DNA of 64,000 nucleotides from Candidatus Kapaibacterium sp. (GCA_963665665.1 OY762428.1:3136001-3200000), one strand, 5' to 3'. Counted from the first letter of the stretch, positions 1 through 10,261 are shown. The notes: generated by a model from the letters alone, not told the origin. Translations and numbers: made by a program.

Positions 1-306
1 CCCGAGCCGCTGGTAATTGAAAAAGTAAAAGCCCGGAAGGTATTTATCCGCGATACTGTTATTGTGTCAAGGCCATACATAGCAATTGTGGATACTGTTG
101 TGAGAAAGGATACTGTCCGGGCTGAGTATGAATTCCCGATGAACCTGTTTAGCTTAGATATACGCCGCGCCGCCGATTCCGTGAAGATAGAAACAATTAC
201 CATCAGCAAGTACATAAAAGAAAGTCGCCCCTGGTGGGAGTTGCCTTTGTCGGTGGCAGCCGGAGCCGGAATCGGATACCTGGCAGGCAGTGCGGGTAGG
301 GATTGA
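1..306 (+). CDS. Phage-associated hypothetical protein, 5'-truncated by the window edge (DT-rich, C-terminal hydrophobic segment; possible lysis accessory)
   Basis: Frame 1 is open from base 1 (PEPLVIEKVKARKVFIRDTVIV...). It has repeated xxDT motifs and a C-terminal RPWWELPLSVAAGAGIGYLAG segment like those of small Bacteroidota phage proteins, and lies directly upstream of a portal gene. Confidence 0.5.
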   Translation, partial: PEPLVIEKVKARKVFIRDTVIVSRPYIAIVDTVVRKDTVRAEYEFPMNLFSLDIRRAADSVKIETITISKYIKESRPWWELPLSVAAGAGIGYLAGSAGRD

Positions 307-312
307 TATTCT

Positions 313-532
313 GTAGGGGCGACCCTTGTGGTCGCCCTAATTTTAGATGAGGGGAAAAGAACCTCCCCTATAATCCCCTCCTCCGTGAGGCGGGGATAAG
401 AAACAATTATATAAAATTCCCCTCTCTAGGGGTGGCAGCGAAGCTGACGGGGTGGTTCTTTTTTACTCAAAGAAAGATGGATTCTTCAGTCGCTTCGCTC
501 CTGAAGCCTGCCCCGACCTGTCGGGGAATGAC
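313..532. repeat. Cluster of several REP-like short palindromic elements
   Basis: GTAGGGGCGACCCTTGTGGTCGCCCT (313-338), a CCCC...GGGG hairpin (about 362-396), CCCCTCTCTAGGGGTGGCAGCGAAGCTGACGGGGTGG (about 419-455), and GATGGATTCTTC...GAATGAC (476-532), whose ends recur at 6125-6160. Confidence 0.6.
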
Positions 533-571
533 CGCAGAATGAATAAATTAACTACAAACAAAGGAGAAAAA

Positions 572-1708
572 ATGAAAACGGCAAAATACCTTACAAGTGA
601 AATATTTAAACAGAACTCGGCATATTATATGCACAGGGATATACTGCCCAACCCGGATAAAATTCTTGCCAGGAATGGAGGAAGCAGCGGCATATACGCT
701 GATCTGAAGAACGATCCCCACGTTTGGAGCTGCATACAGTCACGCAAGAGCGGCCTGCTCTCGCTGGATTTCAATATCGTTCCGAACGGAGTCTCATCCG
801 GTGTGCAGAAAGAAATTGAAAAGATAATAGCCGGGCTGGATATTCGCAGCCTCCTATCGGACATACTCGAAGCGCCGCTGTTCGGCTGGCAGCCCTTAGA
901 AGTGATATGGAAAAGGCATGAAGAAAATAGCAGAATGATAATACCGGACAGGATAGTCCCGAAACCGAGGGAATGGTTCTATTTCAACAGCGAAGGGAAG
1001 CTTTACATGCGCCAGCCCGGCAGTATCGACGGCGAAGCTGTGCCGGAAATGAAACTGCTGCTGCCACGCCATGCCGAAAGCAGCGAAAACCCCTACGGCA
1101 GCGCCCTGCTTGCAAAATGCTACTGGCCCGTTACATTCAAGAAGGGTGCCATGAGATTCTGGGTAAACTTTGCCGAGCGCTACGGAATGCCGCTGCTAAT
1201 CGGGCAATATACGCGGGGCGCAACAACAGCCGAGGCCGAAAAACTGGCTGGCGAACTTGCCTCCATGACCGAGGACGCTGTGATAGTAACCCCATCGGAT
1301 ATTGACATAAGGATGCAGGAAGCCGCCCGGACGGGATCGGCGGAACTATTCAGGGAACTGATAAAAATATGCAATGCCGAAATATCCAAGGCGCTGCTTT
1401 CGCAAACGCTGACAACGGAACTGGACCGCGGCTCCTACGCCGCCTCCGAAACGCACTTCCGCATACGCCGCGAGGTGATACTGGCAGACCTGCGCCTTGC
1501 CGAATCGGTAATAAACGAACTGATAGGCTGGATATGCCGCCTGAACTTCAGCAGCGCGGGACAGCCTTTATTCCGGGGCGTGGTGAACGATTCGGATAAT
1601 AACGCCCGCGCAGAACGCGACCTGAAACTGTGCCAAACGGGGCAGGTAAGCTTCACAAAGAAATACTGGATGGATACTTACGGCTTCCGCGAAGAAGATT
1701 TGGAGTGA
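572..1708 (+). CDS. DUF935 family Mu gp29-like phage portal protein (short form, 378 aa)
   Basis: AAGGAG RBS at 561-566 precedes the ATG at 572. Motifs DPHVWSCIQSRK, ILEAPLFGWQPLEVIW, NPYGSALL..CYWP..FK, FAERYGMP, CNAEISKALLSQTLTT and GSYAASETH are typical of Mu-like portals. Confidence 0.85.
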   Translation: MKTAKYLTSEIFKQNSAYYMHRDILPNPDKILARNGGSSGIYADLKNDPHVWSCIQSRKSGLLSLDFNIVPNGVSSGVQKEIEKIIAGLDIRSLLSDILEAPLFGWQPLEVIWKRHEENSRMIIPDRIVPKPREWFYFNSEGKLYMRQPGSIDGEAVPEMKLLLPRHAESSENPYGSALLAKCYWPVTFKKGAMRFWVNFAERYGMPLLIGQYTRGATTAEAEKLAGELASMTEDAVIVTPSDIDIRMQEAARTGSAELFRELIKICNAEISKALLSQTLTTELDRGSYAASETHFRIRREVILADLRLAESVINELIGWICRLNFSSAGQPLFRGVVNDSDNNARAERDLKLCQTGQVSFTKKYWMDTYGFREEDLE

Positions 1709-1800
1709 GGGGCGGGGGAGTATTTGTTCTACCTTCCGTCCTTGCAGGCAGAATTAAGGACTGTCTCCGTATTAGATAAAAATTTTAAAATTTGAATAAT

Positions 1801-1922
1801 ATAGCCACGTGCTTTAGCTCGTGGATGGGAGTAATAATTACTCAACCTCAGGGTTAACCCTGAGGCTAAATAATGGCTTAAAAGAACTACTCTTATCTCC
1901 ACGACTTGAAAGTCGTGGCTAT
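1801..1922. repeat. REPIN-like inverted pair with a central palindrome (IS200/RAYT-associated type)
   Basis: ATAGCCACGTGCTTTAGCTCGTGG (1801-1824) and the inverted CCACGACTTGAAAGTCGTGGCTAT (1899-1922) flank the perfect 20-bp palindrome CCTCAGGGTTAACCCTGAGG (1846-1865). Confidence 0.65.
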
Positions 1923-2282
1923 TTCCATCCTTCCAAAGTTGTACCTGGAAAGGAATTTATCCTGTAAAGTTCTTCTTGGGAATTACCGAAGCGCAGAAAT
2001 AATCAAACTGCATTGCGAAGCCGGGGCTTCGCAACGAGGTGAATAAAAGTCTTGGCTATTTGGAAGAATATTTTGGAAAGTTATCATAAGATGTCCAACA
2101 ACTTTTTGGCGTTGGACATCTATTCCAAATAGCTTATCGGGTGGGATAAATTGTTGAATATGGCCCGTTCAAAAACCATAAATATCAAGATAAATTCTTA
2201 TTTCTTTCAAAAATATTTATTATATTACCTTCAGTGATATTATCATAACCCTTTGGCATTTATAATATATTTGAATCATATC

Positions 2283-3308
2283 ATGAATAATCGGGAAAAT
2301 ATTGATTCCACTCTGTTCGCGGAGCTGTCGGCGATAATCGAGCAGGGAAAGCAGCAGGCGGCAGTCAGGGTGAACAGCGTAATAACAGTTACCTACTGGC
2401 ATGTCGGGAAAACAATAAACGAGCATATATTGCAGTATAAAAGAGCCGAATACGGGAAAGAAATTGTATCATCAGTCTCGATACAATTAGCGGAACAATA
2501 CGGAAGAAGTTTTGAACTCCGAAATTTACGTAGAATGATGCAGTTTGCAGATCTGTTCCCTGATGTTAAAATTGTGTCGCCACTGGCGACACAATTAAGC
2601 TGGTCGCATTTTATTGAGGTACTAAAGATAAAAGATGATAAAGCCCGATTATATTATTTGGAGAAATCAGCAGAATCAACATGGAGCAAGCGCGAACTCC
2701 GCCGCCAGATTGAACGCAAAGCTTATGAACGCTCGGAAATTGCAAATACACAGATAATAACAACAGCGGATGAATTCTCGGAAATATCCGGAGTTTTTAA
2801 AGACCCGTATTTTCTTGATTTCCTGGGGCTGAAGGAAGGCTATCTTGAAAATGACCTGGAGTCGGCTATAATCAAAGAACTTGAGAACTTTATTTTGGAA
2901 CTTGGCAGGGGATTTTCATTTATTGAAAGGCAAAAGCGAATTATTCTTGATGGCAAAGATTTTTATCTTGATCTGTTGTTTTTCCATCGTAAGCTAAGAA
3001 GGCTGGTTGCCATCGAGCTTAAACTGGGCGAATTCAAACCAGCCTACAAAGGACAAATGGAGCTTTACCTGAAATGGCTGAACAGATATGAAAAGCAGGA
3101 AGGAGAGAACACGCCTATCGGCCTGATTCTGTGCGCCGAGGCAAGCAGGGAGCAGATTGAGCTGCTGGAAATGCACAAGGACGGCATTATGGTGGCGGAA
3201 TACTGGCCGGAACTTCTGCCAAAAGAAATGCTGGAACAAAAGCTCCGGAGCATTCTGATTGAAGCACGGCAGCGTTTGGAGAATATGAAATTGGAAAGGG
3301 AATATTAG
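2283..3308 (+). CDS. YhcG/DUF1016 family PD-(D/E)XK nuclease-domain protein
   Basis: Motifs YWHVG, RAEYGKEIV, RNLRRMMQFA, LSWSHF, KDPYFLDFLGL, ELGRGFSFIERQKRI, DLLFFHRKLRRLVAIELKLGEF, GQMELYL and PIGLILC. ATG at 2283. Confidence 0.92.
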   Translation: MNNRENIDSTLFAELSAIIEQGKQQAAVRVNSVITVTYWHVGKTINEHILQYKRAEYGKEIVSSVSIQLAEQYGRSFELRNLRRMMQFADLFPDVKIVSPLATQLSWSHFIEVLKIKDDKARLYYLEKSAESTWSKRELRRQIERKAYERSEIANTQIITTADEFSEISGVFKDPYFLDFLGLKEGYLENDLESAIIKELENFILELGRGFSFIERQKRIILDGKDFYLDLLFFHRKLRRLVAIELKLGEFKPAYKGQMELYLKWLNRYEKQEGENTPIGLILCAEASREQIELLEMHKDGIMVAEYWPELLPKEMLEQKLRSILIEARQRLENMKLEREY

Positions 3309-3798
3309 GCATGTTTTATCATCCAAAAATTCAAACCGGCTGTCGGGAGTCTCTAAAGAGGTTAATTATTATGTTGTTTATATTAAAAAATTTCCCACAC
3401 CAATATATCTGAACTATGAAATATAGTCTTGCCTGACATCCCCAAGGCCCTCCCCTTTGGTGAGGCGTGATACCTTTCAAGGATTTTGGAGGAAATGAGA
3501 ATTTCATGCCATGCTTATGGGAATTTAGATTTATAAAAAAATGGCAATAATAGTTGATTTAATTATTGCGAAAGAAAAATTTGCCCCAAAAACCAATAAA
3601 ATTTTAGCCTTTTATTAACGCATTTACTATCTTTGTATTTTACTGGCATTATGTCGGTATTTTTTGGTTTGATATGCTTGTGCAAAAAACCATAAAGGGG
3701 TGATCCCCAAAATTTGAAATTAAGATCAGGCCGGAATTTGACGGCCTTTGAAATTGATGATATTTTACATTTTTTAATAACGATGTTAGGAGCATTAT

Positions 3799-5868
3799 AT
3801 GGCTGATAAAAAACCATTCGTGCCATTCGTTAGCGCGGACACGAAAATGCCTGAATTTACACTGAAAGCCTTGTTGATAGGCTTGGTTCTGGCAGTTGTC
3901 CTTGGTGCAGCGAATGCGTATCTTGGCCTTAAAGCAGGTATGACTATAGCGGCTACTTACCCGGCAGCTGTTATTGGTATGGCTTTGCTTAAAGTGCTGA
4001 AAGGTTCCATCCTTGAAGAAAACATGACCCGTACTGTTGGTTCAATCGGTGAATCAGTTGCAGCCGGTGCGATTTTCACATTGCCGGCGTTTTATATTGC
4101 CGGTATCTGGGATCCGTTCATGACACTTGAAAATTACATTACTGCTACACTGATTCTTGTGTTTGGCGGTATTCTTGGTATTATGTTCGTAGCTCTTCTC
4201 CGTCGTGTGATGGTTGAAGACGCGGATCTTCCTTTTCCGGAATCTGTTGCTGCTGCCGAGATTCACAAAACAGGACGCAGTTCCGGCGGCGGGTCCAAAT
4301 TCCTATTTGGCGCAATGATAGGCGGCGCTGTTATTAAGATCATGACACAGATTCACCTGATCCCTCATATCTGGGAAAAATTTGTTGTATTCACAAAACA
4401 GACTATTACCGGTACGCCAATTTCCGGACAGGGCGGTATGCTTCTTAGCTCTCCCGGTATCAGCCCTGCTTACATGGGTGTTGGATATATTATCGGCCCG
4501 AAGCTGGCATCCCTTAACTTTTCAGGTGGTATGATAGCATGGGGCCTTCTTGCTCCTATGGTGCTTTACTTCCTTTCACCAACAGCCGAATTCCTTAATG
4601 AATGGGCTCAGATGATAGTTGCTTCTAAAGGTATTCCTTTCGAAGAAGCACACGCGAAGGTTAGCGACCCGTCATTCCAGATCATTGAAGTATGGAAATA
4701 CATCGTTCGCCCGATTGCTATCGGCGGTATGCTTGTTGGTGCTTCTTTCACTCTCTGGAATATGAGAAAAAGCCTTATTGCAGGTATTGCACGTTCAGTG
4801 AATGACGTGAAAAAAGCTGCACAGGGCGCAGGTTCTGACGTTGAACGTACAGAAAAAGACCTTCCGTTCCCATGGATTATGATTGGTATCCTTATCGTTG
4901 CTATTGCAACTTTCCTTATTACTTTCATGATATTTAAAACAACATTTATAGTAGCTTTTGTTGCTGCTACGGTTATGATAGTACTTGCATTCCTTTTTGC
5001 AGCAGTATCAGGTTACCTGGTTGGTATTATGGGTTCATCGAACAACCCGATTTCCGGACTTACTCTTACGGCATTGGTTGTAACGGCCCTTATTCTCGTT
5101 CTCCTTGGTGTGAATGCTGAATCAGGTGGTGTTGCTGCTGTATTGGGTGTAGCTGCCATCGTTTGTGTTTCTGCAGCTGTTGCAGGCGAGATGCTTCAGG
5201 ATCTTAAAGCCGGTCATATTCTTGGCGGTACTCCCCGCAAGATGCAGATCGGTGATATCGTTGGTGTTATCCTTTCCGGTGCTGTAATGTTTGCAGTACT
5301 TGCATTCCTGAACGATGGTGATATAGCTATCGGTAAAGTAAACGGCTATGAAGGTGGTTTTGGAAGCCGTACTCTTTCAGCACCACAGGGCGGCCTTATG
5401 GCTATTCTTGCTAATGGTATCGTTGGCGGCGAAATGGCATGGCCTCTGATTATAGTTGGTATGCTTATGGGTATTGGCTTTATCCTTATGCAGGTTAAAA
5501 GCCCGATGCTTGTATCAGTTGGTATGTACCTTCCGCTCGAAACAACATTTGCCATATTCGTTGGCGGCCTTGTTAAGGGCGTTGTTGAAATTGTTAACAG
5601 GAAAAATCAGTTTAATCTTGCACAGAAATCCCGAATCGAAAATGTCGGTGTACTGCTTGCTTCCGGTTTTATTGCCGGTGAGGCATTGATGGGATTGATC
5701 TTTGCAGGCCTTGCTGTATTTGATATTATTCCTGAAGCTGTATGGCCGGGCGCTCCGTTCATACTTAGCCTTGTTGTTCTTGGTATTATTGCCTGGGTTA
5801 TGATCCAGATACCTGTTAAGAATGCAGGAAGTCCGGACGAACCGGCACCGCCGTCAGCAGGACACTAA
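3799..5868 (+). CDS. OPT family oligopeptide transporter
   Basis: Motifs NAYLGLKAG, ENMTRT, LPFPESVAAAE, SNNPISG, LQDLKAGHILGGTP and GMYLP; many TM helices; AGGAG RBS. Confidence 0.93.
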   Translation: MADKKPFVPFVSADTKMPEFTLKALLIGLVLAVVLGAANAYLGLKAGMTIAATYPAAVIGMALLKVLKGSILEENMTRTVGSIGESVAAGAIFTLPAFYIAGIWDPFMTLENYITATLILVFGGILGIMFVALLRRVMVEDADLPFPESVAAAEIHKTGRSSGGGSKFLFGAMIGGAVIKIMTQIHLIPHIWEKFVVFTKQTITGTPISGQGGMLLSSPGISPAYMGVGYIIGPKLASLNFSGGMIAWGLLAPMVLYFLSPTAEFLNEWAQMIVASKGIPFEEAHAKVSDPSFQIIEVWKYIVRPIAIGGMLVGASFTLWNMRKSLIAGIARSVNDVKKAAQGAGSDVERTEKDLPFPWIMIGILIVAIATFLITFMIFKTTFIVAFVAATVMIVLAFLFAAVSGYLVGIMGSSNNPISGLTLTALVVTALILVLLGVNAESGGVAAVLGVAAIVCVSAAVAGEMLQDLKAGHILGGTPRKMQIGDIVGVILSGAVMFAVLAFLNDGDIAIGKVNGYEGGFGSRTLSAPQGGLMAILANGIVGGEMAWPLIIVGMLMGIGFILMQVKSPMLVSVGMYLPLETTFAIFVGGLVKGVVEIVNRKNQFNLAQKSRIENVGVLLASGFIAGEALMGLIFAGLAVFDIIPEAVWPGAPFILSLVVLGIIAWVMIQIPVKNAGSPDEPAPPSAGH

Positions 5869-5905
5869 TCTGATTAAGATTAGTTCTGATAAGATTAATA
5901 TTATC

Positions 5906-5938
5906 AAGCCCGCTTTTCAAATCGAAAGCGGGCTTTTT
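5906..5938 (+). terminator. Rho-independent terminator
   Basis: AAGCCCGCTTT-loop-AAAGCGGGCTTTTT just after the OPT stop codon. Confidence 0.8.
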
Positions 5939-6071
5939 AATTGTTGGTCTTGTATTCGTGTATGTTGATAATAGCTGTGTTTAACAGTCAGGAATAAGGC
6001 GTTTACTCAGCTTTAAATTTTCTGTTACTATTCAGCTGAACTTTGGGAATCTGGAAAAATTGTATAAAGCG

Positions 6072-6160
6072 GTCATTCTGAGCGCCAGCGAAGAATCCAT
6101 TCTTCAATAATTCTTTAAGAAGAAGATGGATTCTTCCCTCGCTGGCTCGGTCAGAATGAC
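6072..6160. repeat. REPIN-like inverted repeat (GTCATTCTGAGC...GAAGAATC / GATTCTTC...CAGAATGAC family)
   Basis: Two imperfect inverted copies: GTCATTCTGAGCGCCAGCGAAGAATCCAT and ATGGATTCTTCCCTCGCTGGCTCGGTCAGAATGAC. Confidence 0.7.
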
Positions 6161-6432
6161 ATTTCTCTGTATTTTTTTTCAATAACAGCAATATATTTTA
6201 CCAACCTGAGTAGAAACAATTTTCTTAATACTTTTTGAAAACACATTCTAATCACAAATCAATAATAATTGAACATTATACTTATTATTTCTTGATTTTC
6301 TCAATATTAAATGATATATTCCAATCAGATTGTTTAGGAAGTACACTTTCTCATCCCGGACATGTCCCTGTTCCGGGTTTTCAGGCATTTTGTATAATTA
6401 ATTATTCCTGTCTCACCATATTTGGGTGTATT

Positions 6433-9225
6433 ATGAAACCTAATAACTATCTTTCACTAATGATACTAATTGTTCTATTTCTTCCTGTTGGCTTGAAATC
6501 CTTTGAATTAACAGGAGATATGAAATACCTAATGCAAAACAGCAACTGTGGAAAGGAATTCTGGATAGCGCTTCCGCAGAACGAAGATCCGAGAGCTTCC
6601 ATTTCCCAGGAAGGCCTGGAGATCATTGTTACTTCCTATAAAGACACAAAAGTAACCCTTGAATATCCTTCAACCGGATTTGTAAGAACCAAGGATGTTA
6701 TTGCATATCAACCAACTGTTTTCACAAGTGAGGACTCTGATGTTCAGTTCAACTGGGTGGTTACCGAAAGTGAAACGGTGCTGGACAAAGCAGTGCATAT
6801 AATTGCGGACGACCCTGTTTTCGTATTTTCAATAAACGTCAAAAGATGGAGCGCCGAAGGATATACTGCCCTGCCAATCAGAAGCTGGGGCACTGAATAT
6901 CTCCATTGCAGCTACTTTGACGACCACGAGAACAATCGCGACCGTGGCAGTGGATTTATAATTGTTGCTGCTGAAAATAATACTCAGGTAAATATCCAGC
7001 TTAACGGTGCTGGTGCAGGTGTGGCAACAACCGTCGGAGGACGTGAAATAGGCGATGCCTTTTCCGTAAAGCTTAATAAAGGGCAAACATACATGGTTCG
7101 CGGAGACGGCTCCACTTACGGGCAGTTCGACCTAAGCGGCTCCGAAATAACTGCCAGCAACCCGATAGGGCTGATTTCTTTCCACATGAGATGTCCTATG
7201 CCGTCAAATCCCGCACGCGATCTTTACAGGGATAATCTGTCGGAAATGCTCCCGCCCGTATCACAATGGGGTAAGCAGCATGTATCAGTCCAATTCTCAA
7301 GAACGAAAAACGGAAGCCGCGAAGGCGACGGAGATAATTTCAGGGCTATGTCAGGGGAAGCTTCCAACAATGTTTCATGTGTTTACATGGAAAAAGGCGG
7401 TGGAAGTATTATCGGACAGCCGGAAATGAAAATCAATAAAAAAGGCCAGTTTTTCGAGCCATTCAACATTATGACTATTGACAGGAGAAACAATAAACTT
7501 ACATCAGTTCGGGGAGTTTCTCATTGGAGTGGCGAAAAACCATACATGCTCAATCAGTATGCATGGTCTTATCAATGGGACGGAGACTTAAGCTGGGATC
7601 CGCTTCAGATAGTAATACCCCCTGTTGAGCAATATGTTTCCAACGCAATCTTCTGTACACCTTCTTCAAGGCTAAGTTTTAACGATAATGAGCTAAACCT
7701 CTTTGTTATCGGCGATCCTGACGATCCGGACAAAGCACTGCTTAAATCAGTAAAGCTTGACGGCAAACCAATTTACGAATCAACTCCCGGAATTATTACC
7801 AACAGAATTACAGGTACCGATATTTACTGGGTTAAGCTTTTTGTTGGTCCGGGAACGCACAGTGTTGAATCGAATACAAAATTCGGAGGATATCTGACCG
7901 GTTTCAGGGCGTATTATTCTTACGGATGGCCTATAACCATGGGTACCAACACAATTGACGAACTCGACGAGGTACCTCCTGTATTTGAAGTTGATGAAGA
8001 CTGTGGTAATTACTTCGTTAAAGTTACAGAAAGAACCAAAGGCGAACCATATCCGGAACAGGAAGACCGGGGGATCAGCCGTGTTGTCCTGATTGAAGAC
8101 AGCTCCTATAATTTTAATTTCGAAATTCTTAACGAAGAAAGTTTTATTCCCCAGCATAAGATCACCGAAGTAAATTTTGTACTTGAAGTGATTGATCCCA
8201 TGAAAGAAGCTTTTGCCGTTTTTGCCGCTTTGGACAAAGCAGGAAATTACAGAATAGATTCTATTCGCTTTTATCCGGAAACTGTGGTACTTGAACCGGA
8301 AGAAGTTGTTATGCAGCCAATTCGTGCCGGAACTTCGATAAGTGATACCGTTAAAGTCATGAATACATCGGACAAGAACCTGACGATTAATGGCATTGAA
8401 ATGCAAAACGGAAGTAAATTCTTTATTAAAAACAGCCAGGATTATGTTGGCCTTGCTTTCAACTCCGGAACTGATGTTGATATTATTATTGATTACATCG
8501 CTCCTCTTGAGGACATGAAATCTGATGATATCGATACGCTGATAGTTCACACGGTTTGCTTCGAGTACAAGTATCAGATATCCGCCTCGGCTTTGATTAA
8601 TAATATCATGGTGGAAGATTTTGATTTTGGCAAACATGAAGTTAATACAAGCGTTTGCATAGAGGATATAAATAACGACGGACTGAAAATCACAAACTCC
8701 GGCGAATGGCCCCTTCTTCTGAAATCCCTTGAAGGCGCTGCCGATCCGTTCTTTGTTGAAATTAATTCTCCATCTTTGCCAAAAGTACTTGAACCTGGTG
8801 AGGAAATATATTTCAAATCAATATGCTTCTTCCCTAAGGACAGCGGCAGTTTCAGCGCCGAACTAACGTTTACATCCGATGCTATGAGCGGCGACAGTGT
8901 TATCAGCCTTACCGGGCTTGCATTCAAAGTAGATACTACAGGTATTATAGATAATCCTGCCGGCAGCTCCGATATCAGTGTTATCTCTATGCCTGTGTAT
9001 TCAGATATTCTTGAAATTGGTTTGCCTGAAATACCGGCAGGCGAGATCAACTTGTCAATATTCAACATAAACGGAATAAACACCGGCATTAACAGGAAAG
9101 TCATGATTCAGGATTCGCGTCAGGCTGTAAATATCAACACCGGGAAACTTCCCGACGGAGTTTATATTATTCAGGTTTCTGCCGGATCGAGAACATATAC
9201 TGCCAGATTTATAAGATTGAGATAG
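6433..9225 (+). CDS. Secreted IgGFc-binding-domain protein with Ig-like domains and a T9SS C-terminal sorting domain
   Basis: Signal peptide after ATG 6433. GKEFWIALPQN, ALPIRSWGTEY, IVAAENNTQV, EMLPPVSQWG and SYGWP match the IgGFc-binding N-terminal domain. The C-terminus is IFNING...LPDGVYIIQV. Confidence 0.8.
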   Translation: MKPNNYLSLMILIVLFLPVGLKSFELTGDMKYLMQNSNCGKEFWIALPQNEDPRASISQEGLEIIVTSYKDTKVTLEYPSTGFVRTKDVIAYQPTVFTSEDSDVQFNWVVTESETVLDKAVHIIADDPVFVFSINVKRWSAEGYTALPIRSWGTEYLHCSYFDDHENNRDRGSGFIIVAAENNTQVNIQLNGAGAGVATTVGGREIGDAFSVKLNKGQTYMVRGDGSTYGQFDLSGSEITASNPIGLISFHMRCPMPSNPARDLYRDNLSEMLPPVSQWGKQHVSVQFSRTKNGSREGDGDNFRAMSGEASNNVSCVYMEKGGGSIIGQPEMKINKKGQFFEPFNIMTIDRRNNKLTSVRGVSHWSGEKPYMLNQYAWSYQWDGDLSWDPLQIVIPPVEQYVSNAIFCTPSSRLSFNDNELNLFVIGDPDDPDKALLKSVKLDGKPIYESTPGIITNRITGTDIYWVKLFVGPGTHSVESNTKFGGYLTGFRAYYSYGWPITMGTNTIDELDEVPPVFEVDEDCGNYFVKVTERTKGEPYPEQEDRGISRVVLIEDSSYNFNFEILNEESFIPQHKITEVNFVLEVIDPMKEAFAVFAALDKAGNYRIDSIRFYPETVVLEPEEVVMQPIRAGTSISDTVKVMNTSDKNLTINGIEMQNGSKFFIKNSQDYVGLAFNSGTDVDIIIDYIAPLEDMKSDDIDTLIVHTVCFEYKYQISASALINNIMVEDFDFGKHEVNTSVCIEDINNDGLKITNSGEWPLLLKSLEGAADPFFVEINSPSLPKVLEPGEEIYFKSICFFPKDSGSFSAELTFTSDAMSGDSVISLTGLAFKVDTTGIIDNPAGSSDISVISMPVYSDILEIGLPEIPAGEINLSIFNINGINTGINRKVMIQDSRQAVNINTGKLPDGVYIIQVSAGSRTYTARFIRLR

Positions 9226-9249
9226 TTTTTTTTATATGCGGATTTTCAT

Positions 9250-9290
9250 AAACTCATCGGGTAACTAATTGTAAGCCGATGAGTTTTTTT
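9250..9290 (+). terminator. Rho-independent terminator
   Basis: AAACTCATCGG...CCGATGAGTTTTTTT between convergent genes. Confidence 0.7.
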
Positions 9291-9421
9291 ATTTTTAGCA
9301 AAATGAAGATTCCGAAAGCACAGGGGATTGCTGCTAAAGCATGAACCATTGCCATGAATACAAAAACACAAGCTTAAGATTTTGCCTGAGCTTGTGTTTA
9401 AAATGGGAATTTATAAAGATA

Positions 9422-10261
9422 TTATAGTTTCTTCAAAGCCATCGAAATATTTTTTATTCCTTCGAAAGCCGGCAGAGGCAGGGAAATATTACCTGCCGGA
9501 ACATCGGATTCTCTCGGGTTTATCCTGATCAGCTTTGCATTTCGGCGTATGGAAGAAGATTCTGACTGATAGCGAACCGTAGGAACTGCTTTGCCGGCGC
9601 CAATTTCAATTATAACAAGTTTTTTGCCCTTTAATGAATCGAGCCAGTCATACATCCTTTTTTCCTGGAGGTCCGAACGGTATGAAAGCCAGCTCCAATC
9701 GCCAAACATGAGAATATTTGGCCTTGCCAGTGCGCCGCAATGCGGACATTTTGGCAGCGGGTCGGCTGCGAGCATAGTACTTTCGTCTACGTCGATATTT
9801 ATATCATCGCCCCGCCATATTTCCTTGGTGCATGGTTCCGAACACTGAAAACTATGAATGGAACCGTGGCATTCCACTATTTTCTCCCTGTCGAAGCCTG
9901 CTTTCTGAAATTGTCCGTCAACATTGGATGTAAATGCAAAGTAACCATCAGGTTTTTTATCGCAAATCTCTCTTAATATTCTGAAACCGTCATGCGGGTT
10001 GGTATCCCTGTATAAATGCAACCTGTGGCCGTAGAAACCCCATGCCAGGTTCGGATTTGTTTTGAACCACCTGGGATTGGCCATTTTCGTGAAAGAAATT
10101 CCTGCTTTCTCGAGTGGTGGGTATGCTTTCCAGAATCCTTCATCACCCCTGAAATCGGGCAGGCCCGAATCAACACCGATTCCTGCACCGGCAAGAACAA
10201 ACAAAGCGTCAGCCTGTTTGATTTCGCGGGCAGCTTCTTCAATAACACCCTGTATATTCAT
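9422..10261 (-). CDS. Sir2 family NAD-dependent protein deacylase (standalone, CobB-like)
   Basis: Motifs GAGIGVDSGLPDFRG, TSNVDGQF, ECHGS, Zn-binding CSEPC/CPHC, RPNILMFGD, EIGAG and RINP. GGAGGG RBS before the ATG at 10261. Confidence 0.92.
   Translation of the reverse strand: MNIQGVIEEAAREIKQADALFVLAGAGIGVDSGLPDFRGDEGFWKAYPPLEKAGISFTKMANPRWFKTNPNLAWGFYGHRLHLYRDTNPHDGFRILREICDKKPDGYFAFTSNVDGQFQKAGFDREKIVECHGSIHSFQCSEPCTKEIWRGDDINIDVDESTMLAADPLPKCPHCGALARPNILMFGDWSWLSYRSDLQEKRMYDWLDSLKGKKLVIIEIGAGKAVPTVRYQSESSSIRRNAKLIRINPRESDVPAGNISLPLPAFEGIKNISMALKKL

Noticed and set aside
452-571. Extended N-terminus of the portal ORF (track start at 452)
   Set aside because: It runs through REP-like palindromes. 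The ATG at 572 has an AAGGAG RBS and is the better start.
7780-9104. Long minus-strand ORFs (7780-8637, 8574-9104)
   Set aside because: Antisense shadows within the IgGFc/T9SS gene.
9422-10261. Sir2 as an anti-phage NADase (Thoeris/DSR type)
   Set aside because: It is a standalone ~280-aa sirtuin with the Zn-binding Cys pairs and HG catalytic motif of protein deacylases, and has no defence partner genes.
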